Positions 29,283 through 37,955 of a stretch of DNA of 64,000 nt are shown here, piece by piece; within the stretch, counting starts at the first letter, position 1; every line of letters starts with the position of its first letter. Source of the DNA: an uncultured Sphingobium sp. (GTDB lineage Bacteria; Pseudomonadota; Alphaproteobacteria; Sphingomonadales; Sphingomonadaceae); assembly GCA_966211835.1 (NCBI GenBank), contig CBIHNV010000002.1:110751-174750 (forward strand), in the 5' to 3' direction. The notes under the pieces were generated by a model. It was not told the origin of the DNA. It searched no databases and was given only the letters and a program-made list of their open reading frames with translations. A program made the position numbers and the translations under genes.

Positions 29283-30941
29283 TCACTTCCGCGGCACGGT
29301 AATCTGGATCATCGTGCGCCCGCCGATATTCCGCAAATAGACCTCCCCACCCAGCGCCTGCACACGCCGCATCAACGACCGCGATTGCACCGCCCCCGTC
29401 GATCCCAATCTCGCCAGGTTAGGCACGCCATCGTCCGTCACGTGCAAGGCAATCCGATTGCCCGCCGGTTGCAGCGAAAATTCCACCGAATGCGCTCCCG
29501 CGTGACGCACCGCGTTCGCGACGATCTCACGTACCGCAAAGCTCAACTCGCGCCCGATCATGGCCGTCGTCGCGCAATTCCCATCCTCGACGCGCAGCTC
29601 ACATCGGATGCCCCATTGATCGCCCAGCGACCGCACCACCATCGACAACATCTCGGGCAGATAGGCGAAATCCTCATCCTCCTCGACCGGGTTGATGATC
29701 CAGCGGAGAGTGCCGATCTGGTCCTTCGCGATCCGATCGACATTGGCCAGGATGGGAAAGGGGTTCTCGATCGTGCCATTCAGCACCGGCGCAACCTGGT
29801 AGCGAATGCTCGCCAGCGCCTGCAACACACTGTCATGCAACTCCCGCTGCAACCGTTCGCGCTCTCGCGCGCCCGCAATGACATGGGCAAGGTCCAGGCT
29901 GTTGCGGACCATCATCTCCTCGCACGCGCTTTCGAATATGCGCTGTGCGATCGCCGCTGCATCCTCATGCGTGGGATCATCCAGCTGAACCGCGCCAACC
30001 GCGTCGAACGTCCCCAAGGATACGCGGAGCGTCATCAGGGTCTCCGCGTCGAGCAAGGCCGCCCAGGCACGCCCTCCCGGCGTCAGGGGGGACATCTGGC
30101 TTACCCCGTCCGGCGACAGGCTGATCGAAGCGCCCCGGCGGCAGTCATGCCAGCCCGTCTCAACCGCCAGCAATCCGTTGCTGCCTTCGGGCATCTTGTC
30201 GCCGACATGGCTCGATGCAAAGCGATATGCCTCCGTGCTCGCCGTGCGGAACAGCACTGCGCCATTTTCCCCGCCCGTCGCGATCTTCAGCGCCTGCAGC
30301 AGAAAGGGTTCAGAGCTGCCCTTCGCCAGCGGCATGCTGCTTTCGGTCAACCGCCGCGCCTTTTCCTCCTGCAGCAATTTTTCACGGCGCGGGCCAAGCA
30401 GCATGCCCGTCACCGCGATCACGACTGCCAGGTAAAGCACGCGCAAGGCTACGCGCTCCGGGTCCGGTTCCGATGGCACCTCGACAAGGTCATCCATCCA
30501 GACGGTCAGCAACGCCGTTATGGTGGCGAAGGCGCCGACGAGCAGGTGGAAACGGCGGCGCACGATCAGCGCGATCTCGACCGCCACGAACAGGCTGCCG
30601 GAAAAATAGGGGCTGTTCGATGCGTTCGTCACCACCAACAACGACAGGAACAGCAGTGCGTCCAGGCAAACTACCGGCCTGCGGATCCGCAATTCCGTGA
30701 CCCACGACCGCGCCGACAGGGTCAACGCCCCTACCGCCAGCAGCAGCATGGCAAAGATGATGGCATTCTCCGCCGCCTCGGCCCATGACCGGGGCGAAGC
30801 GAAGGCAAAGCTTACAAAGCTGTAGACGCTGGCGAGCACCAGCCGGGTTACGTCCAGCATGCGCCATGGACGCAGTGCGGACAGGCCGAACCAGCGTCGC
30901 CCCTTCAAAGCCTGCCACAACTGCGCATGTCCACTGGTCAT
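29283..30941 (-). CDS. Orphan membrane sensor histidine kinase (HisKA_3 plus HATPase_c)
   Basis: RERERLQRELHDSVLQ H-box, EIVANAVRHA N-box, DDG; N-terminal TM helices. Confidence 0.82.
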   Translation of the reverse strand: MTSGHAQLWQALKGRRWFGLSALRPWRMLDVTRLVLASVYSFVSFAFASPRSWAEAAENAIIFAMLLLAVGALTLSARSWVTELRIRRPVVCLDALLFLSLLVVTNASNSPYFSGSLFVAVEIALIVRRRFHLLVGAFATITALLTVWMDDLVEVPSEPDPERVALRVLYLAVVIAVTGMLLGPRREKLLQEEKARRLTESSMPLAKGSSEPFLLQALKIATGGENGAVLFRTASTEAYRFASSHVGDKMPEGSNGLLAVETGWHDCRRGASISLSPDGVSQMSPLTPGGRAWAALLDAETLMTLRVSLGTFDAVGAVQLDDPTHEDAAAIAQRIFESACEEMMVRNSLDLAHVIAGARERERLQRELHDSVLQALASIRYQVAPVLNGTIENPFPILANVDRIAKDQIGTLRWIINPVEEDEDFAYLPEMLSMVVRSLGDQWGIRCELRVEDGNCATTAMIGRELSFAVREIVANAVRHAGAHSVEFSLQPAGNRIALHVTDDGVPNLARLGSTGAVQSRSLMRRVQALGGEVYLRNIGGRTMIQITVPRK

Positions 30942-31308
30942 GCCGTCACAACTCCGCCCTCTGGCAGTTATATTATAGGATATATGCCATTGGATAAGTA
31001 TTCATTCTCTTCACAGAGTATCTGAAAAGCGAACGAGGATGAAATTATCTATAGAGGATAATCATCAACTAACATTGATGGGGCATGCCGCTGAAATATA
31101 TCCACGACAACAAACAATCTGCGAGCTTTTGCACGACCCCTTCTCCTCACCATGCGCCTTGATTTTCAGCGTCTGGCAGGACCATTGCAGGACCGCACCG
31201 GCAAATCAAGGGCAGCAGGAAAAATCACGGCAGAATCAGCCACATACCCCGCCCACATTCGTTACCATTCCGAAACGAAATCAGTGGAATGGCGTTTTTC
31301 CCGCTACT

Positions 31309-33225
31309 TCATCCATGAAAATAATCATAAACCTGCTGCGCCACCGCCTTCGAAACACCGGGCGCTTTGAGCAAATCCTCCAGCGCCGCGCTCTTCACCG
31401 CCTTCGCCGTTCCAAAATGCATCAGCAGCGCTTTCTTTCGCGACGGCCCGATCCCCGGCACCTCGTCCAGCGAACTGGTCGAAATCGCCTTGCTCCGCTT
31501 CTGCCGATGCGCCCCAATCGCGAAGCGGTGCGCCTCGTCCCGCAATCGCTGCAGATAGAACAGCACCGGATGATTGATCGGGAAGCTGATCTCCCGCCCA
31601 TCGGGCATATGGAATATTTCCCGCCCCTCGCGCCCATGATGCGGCCCCTTCGCGATGCCGATCATGCACACATCCTCGATCCCCAGATCCTCCAGGATCG
31701 CGCGCGCCGACGACAATTGTCCCTTGCCGCCGTCAATCAGCACCAGGTCAGGCCACTCGCCGCTGTCGCGATCCGGATCTTCCCGCGCCGCCCGGCCAAA
31801 GCGCCGCTCGAACATCTCCCGCATCATCGCGAAATCGTCGTTCGATGTTTCGGGATTCTTCATGTTGAACTTGCGATAGGCGTTCTTCCGGAACCCTTCA
31901 GGCCCAGCCACCACCATCGCGCCCAGCGCATGGCTGCCTTGGATATGGCTGTTGTCATAGATCTCGATCCGGTCAGGCACGCCGTCCAACCCAAAAGTCT
32001 CGACCATCTCCTCCAGCACCTTGGCCTGCGTCGTCGTCTCGGCGAGACGCCTGTCCAGCGCCTCGACGGCATTGCGCTGCGCCTGCCGGATCAGTCGTGT
32101 CCGCGTGCCCCGCTGCGGCACTTCGATGCGAACCTTCGCTCCCGCCCGCTCGCCTAACGCCTGCGCGATCAGTTCACATTCCATCGGGGTGCGGTCGGAC
32201 AGGATCAGACGGGGCGGTGGCACTTCCTCATAAAATTGCGCCATGAAGCTCGCCAGCACTTCGTCCTCTGCCACCTCAGCCGTGTGGACCGGAAAGAAGC
32301 TGCGATGCCCCCAATTCTGCCCGCCGCGGATGAAGAAGGCCTGGATGCACATCGCTCCGCCCTTTGTCGCCAGCGCAAAGATGTCGGCGTCGCCCAATCC
32401 TTCGGCGTTGATCGCCTGACTGCCCTGGATGAAGGTCAGCGCCTTCAACCGATCGCGCAGCACCGCAGCCTGCTCGAAATCCATCGCCTCGGACGCGGCT
32501 TGCATCGCCTCGCCCAGCTTCTTCTGAACGGCCGTGGATTTCCCTCCCAGGAAATCCTGCGCGTCCTTGACCAGCTCGGCATAGCCGCCCTCGTCGATCC
32601 GCTGGACGCAAGGCGCGGAACAGCGCTTGATCTGGAAAAGCAGGCACGGCCGCGACCGGTTCGCGAAGAAACTGTCGGTACAGCTTCGCAGCAGGAACAG
32701 CTTCTGCAGTGCATTGATCGTCCGCGTCACCGATCCGGCGCTGGCGAAGGGCCCATAGTAGCGGCCCTTATATTTCCGGGCGCCCCTATGCTTCTGAACC
32801 CGGGGGAAAGAATGATCTTCCCGCAACAGGATGAAGGGGAAGCTCTTATCGTCGCGCAACAGCACATTATAGGGCGGGCGAAACCGCTTGATCAGTTGCG
32901 CCTCCAGCAGCAGCGCCTCAGCCTCGCTGTTGGTGGTCACGATCGTCATAGACCGGGTCTGCGCCACCATCCGCTGCAACCTTTTGGGCAGCCGGTCGAC
33001 CTGCGTGTAATTCGCCACCCGGTTACGCAGCGCCCGTGCCTTGCCCACGTAGAGCACGTCGCCGCGCGCATCCTGCATCCGGTAAACGCCGGGCCTCGTC
33101 GGCAAAGTCTTCAGCGTCGTGCGGATCGCGTCCACGCCCGCCTCGATATCCGGCGTCCCTGCGCCCCGGACGGTGAAGCTGGCCTTGTCCTCATGAAAAC
33201 GGTCGGGAGATTGGGGATGCGACAT
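31309..33225 (-). CDS. uvrC: Excinuclease ABC subunit C
   Basis: GIY-YIG (PGVYRM..LYVGKA), RIEIYDNSHIQG, LIDGGKGQL, C-terminal HhH. Confidence 0.96.
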   Translation of the reverse strand: MSHPQSPDRFHEDKASFTVRGAGTPDIEAGVDAIRTTLKTLPTRPGVYRMQDARGDVLYVGKARALRNRVANYTQVDRLPKRLQRMVAQTRSMTIVTTNSEAEALLLEAQLIKRFRPPYNVLLRDDKSFPFILLREDHSFPRVQKHRGARKYKGRYYGPFASAGSVTRTINALQKLFLLRSCTDSFFANRSRPCLLFQIKRCSAPCVQRIDEGGYAELVKDAQDFLGGKSTAVQKKLGEAMQAASEAMDFEQAAVLRDRLKALTFIQGSQAINAEGLGDADIFALATKGGAMCIQAFFIRGGQNWGHRSFFPVHTAEVAEDEVLASFMAQFYEEVPPPRLILSDRTPMECELIAQALGERAGAKVRIEVPQRGTRTRLIRQAQRNAVEALDRRLAETTTQAKVLEEMVETFGLDGVPDRIEIYDNSHIQGSHALGAMVVAGPEGFRKNAYRKFNMKNPETSNDDFAMMREMFERRFGRAAREDPDRDSGEWPDLVLIDGGKGQLSSARAILEDLGIEDVCMIGIAKGPHHGREGREIFHMPDGREISFPINHPVLFYLQRLRDEAHRFAIGAHRQKRSKAISTSSLDEVPGIGPSRKKALLMHFGTAKAVKSAALEDLLKAPGVSKAVAQQVYDYFHG

Positions 33226-33387
33226 GGTTGCAGAGATAGCGGGGGCCGAGCCAAGCGCAATGGCTGAGGCCGCCCAATTAGCCGTGCGGGCATTGAATCA
33301 GGCAGGGGATTTCCCACCTAGCCTTCGCCACTTCCATCCCCCTCGCGGTCATTGACGAAGATGAGCCGCGCGGATCAGCAGAAAGTC

Positions 33388-34446
33388 ATGAACATGGTCA
33401 CAAGAGCCTACGGCGCCTATGCCGCTGACAAGCCGGTAGAGCCGATCGACATCGAACGCAGGGCGGTCGGCCCCCATGATGTTCAGATCGCCATCGCCTA
33501 TTGCGGCATTTGTCATTCCGATCTGCATCAGGTTCGCTCGGAATGGGCCGGCACCCTCTACCCTTGTGTTCCGGGGCATGAGATTGTCGGCCATGTGACG
33601 GCCGTCGGCGAACATGTGACCGGCTTCAAACCGGGTGACACCGTGGGCGTCGGTTGCATGGTGGACAGCTGCCAGCATTGCGCATCCTGCGAGGAAGGAC
33701 TGGAGCAATATTGCGAGACTGGTTTCGTCGGCACCTATAATGGCGCCACGCAGGACCCGCCCGGCCACACGCTTGGCGGCTATTCGCAAGACATCGTGGT
33801 CAAGGACAAATTCGTCCTGAAGATCCGTCACCCCGTCGATCAGCTCGCCGCAGTCGCGCCGCTGCTATGCGCGGGCATCACCACCTATTCCCCCCTGCGG
33901 CATTGGCACGTTGGCCCCGGCAAGAAGGTGGGCATCGTAGGCATCGGCGGCCTCGGCCATATGGGCGTCAAGTTGGCCCACGCGATGGGCGCGCATGTTG
34001 TTGCCTTCACCACATCTGAATCCAAGCGGCAGGATGCGCTGGACCTTGGCGCGCAGGAAGTGGTCGTGTCGCGCAACCCTGACGAAATGGCAGCTCACAC
34101 GGGCAGCTTTGATTTCATCCTGAATACCGTTGCAGCCAGCCACAATCTTGACCAGTTCATGGCGCTCCTCAAGCGTGAGGGGACGATGACGCTGGTTGGC
34201 GTGCCCGAACATCCGCACCCCTCGCCCAACATTGGGATGCTGATCTTCGGCCGTAAGTCGATCGCCGGGTCATTGATCGGCGGCATCGCAGAGACGCAGG
34301 AAATGCTCGATTTCTGCGCGGACAAAGGCATTGTCGCAGACATTGAGATGGTCTCGGCGCGTGACATCGAGTCCGCCTACGACCGCATGCAACGACGCGA
34401 CGTCAAATATCGGTTCGTTATCGACAACGCGACGCTTGCGGAGTGA
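33388..34446 (+). CDS. Zn-dependent NAD(P) alcohol dehydrogenase (cinnamyl-ADH/YahK-like)
   Basis: CGICHSD, PGHEIVG, CxxCxxC, GIGGLGH. Confidence 0.9.
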   Translation: MNMVTRAYGAYAADKPVEPIDIERRAVGPHDVQIAIAYCGICHSDLHQVRSEWAGTLYPCVPGHEIVGHVTAVGEHVTGFKPGDTVGVGCMVDSCQHCASCEEGLEQYCETGFVGTYNGATQDPPGHTLGGYSQDIVVKDKFVLKIRHPVDQLAAVAPLLCAGITTYSPLRHWHVGPGKKVGIVGIGGLGHMGVKLAHAMGAHVVAFTTSESKRQDALDLGAQEVVVSRNPDEMAAHTGSFDFILNTVAASHNLDQFMALLKREGTMTLVGVPEHPHPSPNIGMLIFGRKSIAGSLIGGIAETQEMLDFCADKGIVADIEMVSARDIESAYDRMQRRDVKYRFVIDNATLAE

Positions 34447-34452
34447 CGCTCA

Positions 34453-34490
34453 TGCCGGTCGGCGTCTGCTAGATCAGGCGCAGACCGGCA
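34453..34490. other. Long hairpin after the adh stop codon
   Basis: TGCCGGTC-G-GCGTCTG-CTAGAT-CAGGCGC-A-GACCGGCA. Confidence 0.55.
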
Positions 34491-34512
34491 GACCAATCTT
34501 TGCCGGACAAGG

Positions 34513-34548
34513 AAAAAGGCCGGTGCAGCGATCTGTACCGGCCCTTTT
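34513..34548. terminator. Bidirectional intrinsic terminator between adh and atpF
   Basis: AAAAA-GGCCGGTGCAG cgat CTGTACCGGCC-CTTTT. Confidence 0.75.
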
Positions 34549-34567
34549 CAAACAAGATAAGCTGACT

Positions 34568-35182
34568 TCAGACGCTGGGGCCAAGACCCCTGATGGCGCT
34601 GTCCACCAACTGGCGATCCGCACCAGCGTCGTGATTTTGCGCGATCAGCGTCGCAGCCGCGCTCGTAGCGGCATTGACAGCCTTTGTACGAATGCCTGCA
34701 ATGGCGGCACGCTCCGCCGCACCGATCTTGTCCTCGGCCATCTTCTGACGCCGAGCGACCAGGGCTACCGCATTGGTCTTGGCATCTTCGAGCAGCGTCG
34801 CCGCTTCGCTTTCAGCCGACTTGCGCATCGCATCAGCTTCACCGGCCGCATTGGCCAGCTTCGCTTCATATTCTGCCTTCAGGGCATCAGCTTCGGCGCG
34901 CAGCTTTGCCGCTTCCGCCAGCTGCTCTTTGATCTGGGCGATCCGGCCGTCGAGCACATTGCCGATCAGCGCCGGAACCTTCTTGATCAGCAGGATGAGG
35001 ATAAAGACCGCCATCGCCAGGCTGACCCAGGCAGTCGCATCCATGCCAACGGCCTTAGGATCGGTATGAGGCGCCACGCCTTCGTGCGCGACGGTGCCCA
35101 CCGGCTCCATCCCCTCGGCGTGAATTGCGTCGTCAAGATGCGGAGGCGTACCTTCGCTATGCTGTGCTGCTGCCTCAGCCAT
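34568..35182 (-). CDS. atpF: ATP synthase F0 subunit b
   Basis: Single TM followed by a coiled coil; last gene of the F0 operon. Confidence 0.85.
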   Translation of the reverse strand: MAEAAAQHSEGTPPHLDDAIHAEGMEPVGTVAHEGVAPHTDPKAVGMDATAWVSLAMAVFILILLIKKVPALIGNVLDGRIAQIKEQLAEAAKLRAEADALKAEYEAKLANAAGEADAMRKSAESEAATLLEDAKTNAVALVARRQKMAEDKIGAAERAAIAGIRTKAVNAATSAAATLIAQNHDAGADRQLVDSAIRGLGPSV

Positions 35183-35669
35183 GGGCCAGTGCCGCCTTTA
35201 CTGCGTTGCGGGCCGCTTCGTCCGACGCATTCACGCCGGAGATACGGGCCACCATGTCGCGCGCTGCTTCAGCGGCAACGGTTTCAATTTCTGCCATAGC
35301 TGCCTGGCTAGCCGCCTGGATGCGGGCTTCGGCAGCGCCGATCCGCGTGGCGATTTCAGCGTCGGCGACAGCAAGCTGTCCTTCGGAAGCCTTTGCAGCT
35401 TCCGCTTTCGCACGCGCCAGCGTTGCCTGGGCCGCAGCCCTGCTTTCCGCGTCACGGGTGCGATAATCGGCCTCGGCCTCATCGGCGCGAGCGAAGGCAG
35501 CCTTGGCGGCGTCCAGATCACCAGTGATCTTCGCGTCGCGCGCGTCGGCTGTCGCCTGAACCTTAGGCACCATGCCCTGGCCGATGACGAAGAAGACAAA
35601 GCCGAATGTCAGCAGCATCCAGAAGATCTGCGATGCATAAGTTTCGGCAATTTGCGCGATTTGAGGCAT
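35175..35669 (-). CDS. ATP synthase F0 subunit b'
   Basis: MPQIAQI..YASQIFWMLLTFG is the typical b' N-terminus. Confidence 0.85.
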   Translation of the reverse strand: MPQIAQIAETYASQIFWMLLTFGFVFFVIGQGMVPKVQATADARDAKITGDLDAAKAAFARADEAEADYRTRDAESRAAAQATLARAKAEAAKASEGQLAVADAEIATRIGAAEARIQAASQAAMAEIETVAAEAARDMVARISGVNASDEAARNAVKAALAHG

Positions 35670-35754
35670 TTTAGGTCCGTCCGATCAAGGCGCCGTCAAT
35701 TCATGCGAGCGGACGGGACGGCAACAGCCGCCCTGCCCGCACGCCAAGCGGTTG

Positions 35755-35982
35755 TCAGGCCACGAACACCAAGATCATGGCGATAACGAACGCCAGCAGA
35801 CCCAGAAGTTCGGCCGCGGCGAAACCGATGAACAGGCGGCCCTGCTGGCCGTCAGCGGCACCCGGATTGCGCAGAGCGCCTTCCAGGAACGATGCGAACA
35901 CGTTGCCCACACCGAGCGAAGCGAGACCCGCACCAATGGCGGCCAGGCCAGCACCGAGCAGCTTTGCGGCTTCTGCGTCCAT
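35755..35982 (-). CDS. atpE: ATP synthase F0 subunit c
   Basis: GAGLA..G.G..F; ALRNP loop; proton-binding Glu in AAAELLG. Confidence 0.95.
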   Translation of the reverse strand: MDAEAAKLLGAGLAAIGAGLASLGVGNVFASFLEGALRNPGAADGQQGRLFIGFAAAELLGLLAFVIAMILVFVA

Positions 35983-36037
35983 GTCGTAAACTCCCTTTTC
36001 TAAACTCGAACAAATGGTTGGAAAAATCGTAGAAAAC

Positions 36038-36823
36038 TTAGTGCAGGTTCTCGGCGTCGTTCAGATAGACCGAAGTCAGCAGCGCAAACACATAGGCCTG
36101 GATCACCGCGACCAGCACTTCCAGGGCGCTGATGCCGATCATCAGGATGAAGCTTGCCGAACCCACGGTCAGGCCATAGCCGAAGCCGGCATTCGAGCTG
36201 TTGATGACGAACCCGGCCAGCACCTTGAGCAGCACGTGCCCGGCGGTCATCGCCACGAACAGTCGCAGACCCAGGCTGAACGGCCGCACCATGAAGGACA
36301 CCAACTCGATCGGAAAGATCACCGGGATCATCGGCAGCGGCGTGCCGTGCGGCACGAACAGCGAGAAGAAGTGCAGGCCATGCTTCCAGAAGCCGACGAT
36401 GAGGACGATCGAGAAGCTCAGGATCGCGAGAACGCCGGTCGCCGTGAAGTGGCTGGTGAAGGTAAAGGGGTGCAGGCCGACCAGGCCGAGCGGCAGCAGG
36501 CCGAGCAGGTTCGCCAGCAGGATGAACATGAACAGCGAGAAGACATAAGGAATATACTTCTTGCCGCCCTCACCCACATTGGCGATCAGCAGGCTCTTGA
36601 TGAAGCCGGTCATATATTCGACGGCCATCTGCCAACGGCCCGGAACCAACTCGCGCTTCATGCCGCCGATCACGAAGATCCACAGCACCACAGCAGCAGC
36701 CACCATGTAGAGCGCGCTGTTGGTGAAGGCGATGTTATAGCCGCCGAGCGACAAGTGATCCGTACCGAACAGCGGTTCGATCGCAAACTGGTGCATCGGA
36801 TCGATTTTGCCGGATTCTGCCAC
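36038..36823 (-). CDS. atpB: ATP synthase F0 subunit a
   Basis: RPFSLGLRLFVAMTAGH; QAYVFALLT. Confidence 0.95.
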   Translation of the reverse strand: MAESGKIDPMHQFAIEPLFGTDHLSLGGYNIAFTNSALYMVAAAVVLWIFVIGGMKRELVPGRWQMAVEYMTGFIKSLLIANVGEGGKKYIPYVFSLFMFILLANLLGLLPLGLVGLHPFTFTSHFTATGVLAILSFSIVLIVGFWKHGLHFFSLFVPHGTPLPMIPVIFPIELVSFMVRPFSLGLRLFVAMTAGHVLLKVLAGFVINSSNAGFGYGLTVGSASFILMIGISALEVLVAVIQAYVFALLTSVYLNDAENLH

Positions 36824-36869
36824 GTTGACCCCTGTAACGTCTGGTATTCGGACTAAGATAAAAGCGCCC

Positions 36870-37193
36870 CTATTTGTCGGGACGCTTCGTCGTCGTCAAT
36901 CTGATGATATTCCTGAAAGCAACCACGATCCCAAGACCGAGGAACGCCAGCAGGAGCCAAGGAGATGTCCGCAGAAAGTAGTCCAAAGTCCCACCAACAA
37001 CGGCACCACCGGCAAGACCACCGATCAGTTCTGCAAGAACCCTGTTGCCCAGGCGCGATCCATCGTCCGCCTGTTGCTTCGTGGTCCCCTGCCTGACCTG
37101 TTCGGCTCGTTCGGCCTTTGCGATCCGCTCCTCAAGAGAAGTGATGCGCGCGTCCTCATCCGCCGGGTCTTGCCCAGGTACATCCTGCGTCAT
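36870..37193 (-). CDS. atpI: AtpZ/AtpI family protein
   Basis: Two TM segments with LDYFLRTSPWLLL; first gene of the F0 operon. Confidence 0.8.
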   Translation of the reverse strand: MTQDVPGQDPADEDARITSLEERIAKAERAEQVRQGTTKQQADDGSRLGNRVLAELIGGLAGGAVVGGTLDYFLRTSPWLLLAFLGLGIVVAFRNIIRLTTTKRPDK

Positions 37194-37368
37194 GGCCGTT
37201 CCTTTTCGTTCAGGCAGATAAGCCAACGTCAGGCGGCATGGCGCGTGCGGCTGCACCCGTCAAGGCGCGGCCCGTTTAGAAAGGGCTTTCCGGATAGTCA
37301 ACCGTAGTTGGACAGGAGATTTGCGCTTCTCCTGAACGCTTCAAGGAAACTCCCGCGCGCCCGCTCGA

Positions 37369-37770
37369 TTAGCCCGCTGTCGCGCAATAGGTGGGGAGCG
37401 AGATTGCCCCTGCCCCCTTGGTTTGCCACGGGCCAGCACCCACGCGATAGACCTGGCCCTGCTTCACCCGGTTACTGAGCGTCTGGCAACCCGTCGCCGC
37501 CGCCACGTCCTGAACAGTGACGCCGCGCTTCCCCGCAAGGTCGGTATAGGCCGCTCGACGCTTGATATTGATCGATTCGACCTCGGACCGCACGGCGGCG
37601 CTGACCGACCCGGCAATACCGAGATAGCCATCCGCCTGCTCACCCACGGCACCCTCGGCCATCGCAGCGGCCACTGCGCCCGACTGCGCCCGTGCAGGCC
37701 CGGTTGCGACAAGGCCGGTGGCCAGCACGACGGCAGCGCCTGCGGCAATCATCAAAAGCTTGCGTGTCAT
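37369..37770 (-). CDS. ydbL: YdbL (DUF1318) family periplasmic protein
   Basis: VGEQADGYLG, INIKRRAAY; follows ynbE. Confidence 0.8.
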   Translation of the reverse strand: MTRKLLMIAAGAAVVLATGLVATGPARAQSGAVAAAMAEGAVGEQADGYLGIAGSVSAAVRSEVESINIKRRAAYTDLAGKRGVTVQDVAAATGCQTLSNRVKQGQVYRVGAGPWQTKGAGAISLPTYCATAG

Positions 37771-37955
37771 TGCGGGAACAACTCCGGATTATTCTGGATA
37801 AGATCCTGTGCATCGCGCTGAAGTCGAACGACGACCTCCTGCTGCACCTTGACGTTCAGGTTGATTTCGATCGGCTTGTCAGGCGCCTTCACCTGAATGC
37901 AGCCCGCCAGGGCCAAACCGGCGAAACCCGCCGCAAAAATAGCTCGTCTGTTCAT
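37767..37955 (-). CDS. ynbE: YnbE family lipoprotein
   Basis: LAGC lipobox; IQVKAPDKPIEINLNVKVQQE. Confidence 0.85.
   Translation of the reverse strand: MNRRAIFAAGFAGLALAGCIQVKAPDKPIEINLNVKVQQEVVVRLQRDAQDLIQNNPELFPQ

Noticed and set aside
33388-34548. adh as a mobile insertion between uvrC and atpF
   Set aside because: No flanking direct repeats or mobility genes; cannot be supported without comparative genomes.
34568-37193. ATP synthase operon lacking the F1 genes
   Set aside because: Split F0 and F1 operons are normal in Alphaproteobacteria.
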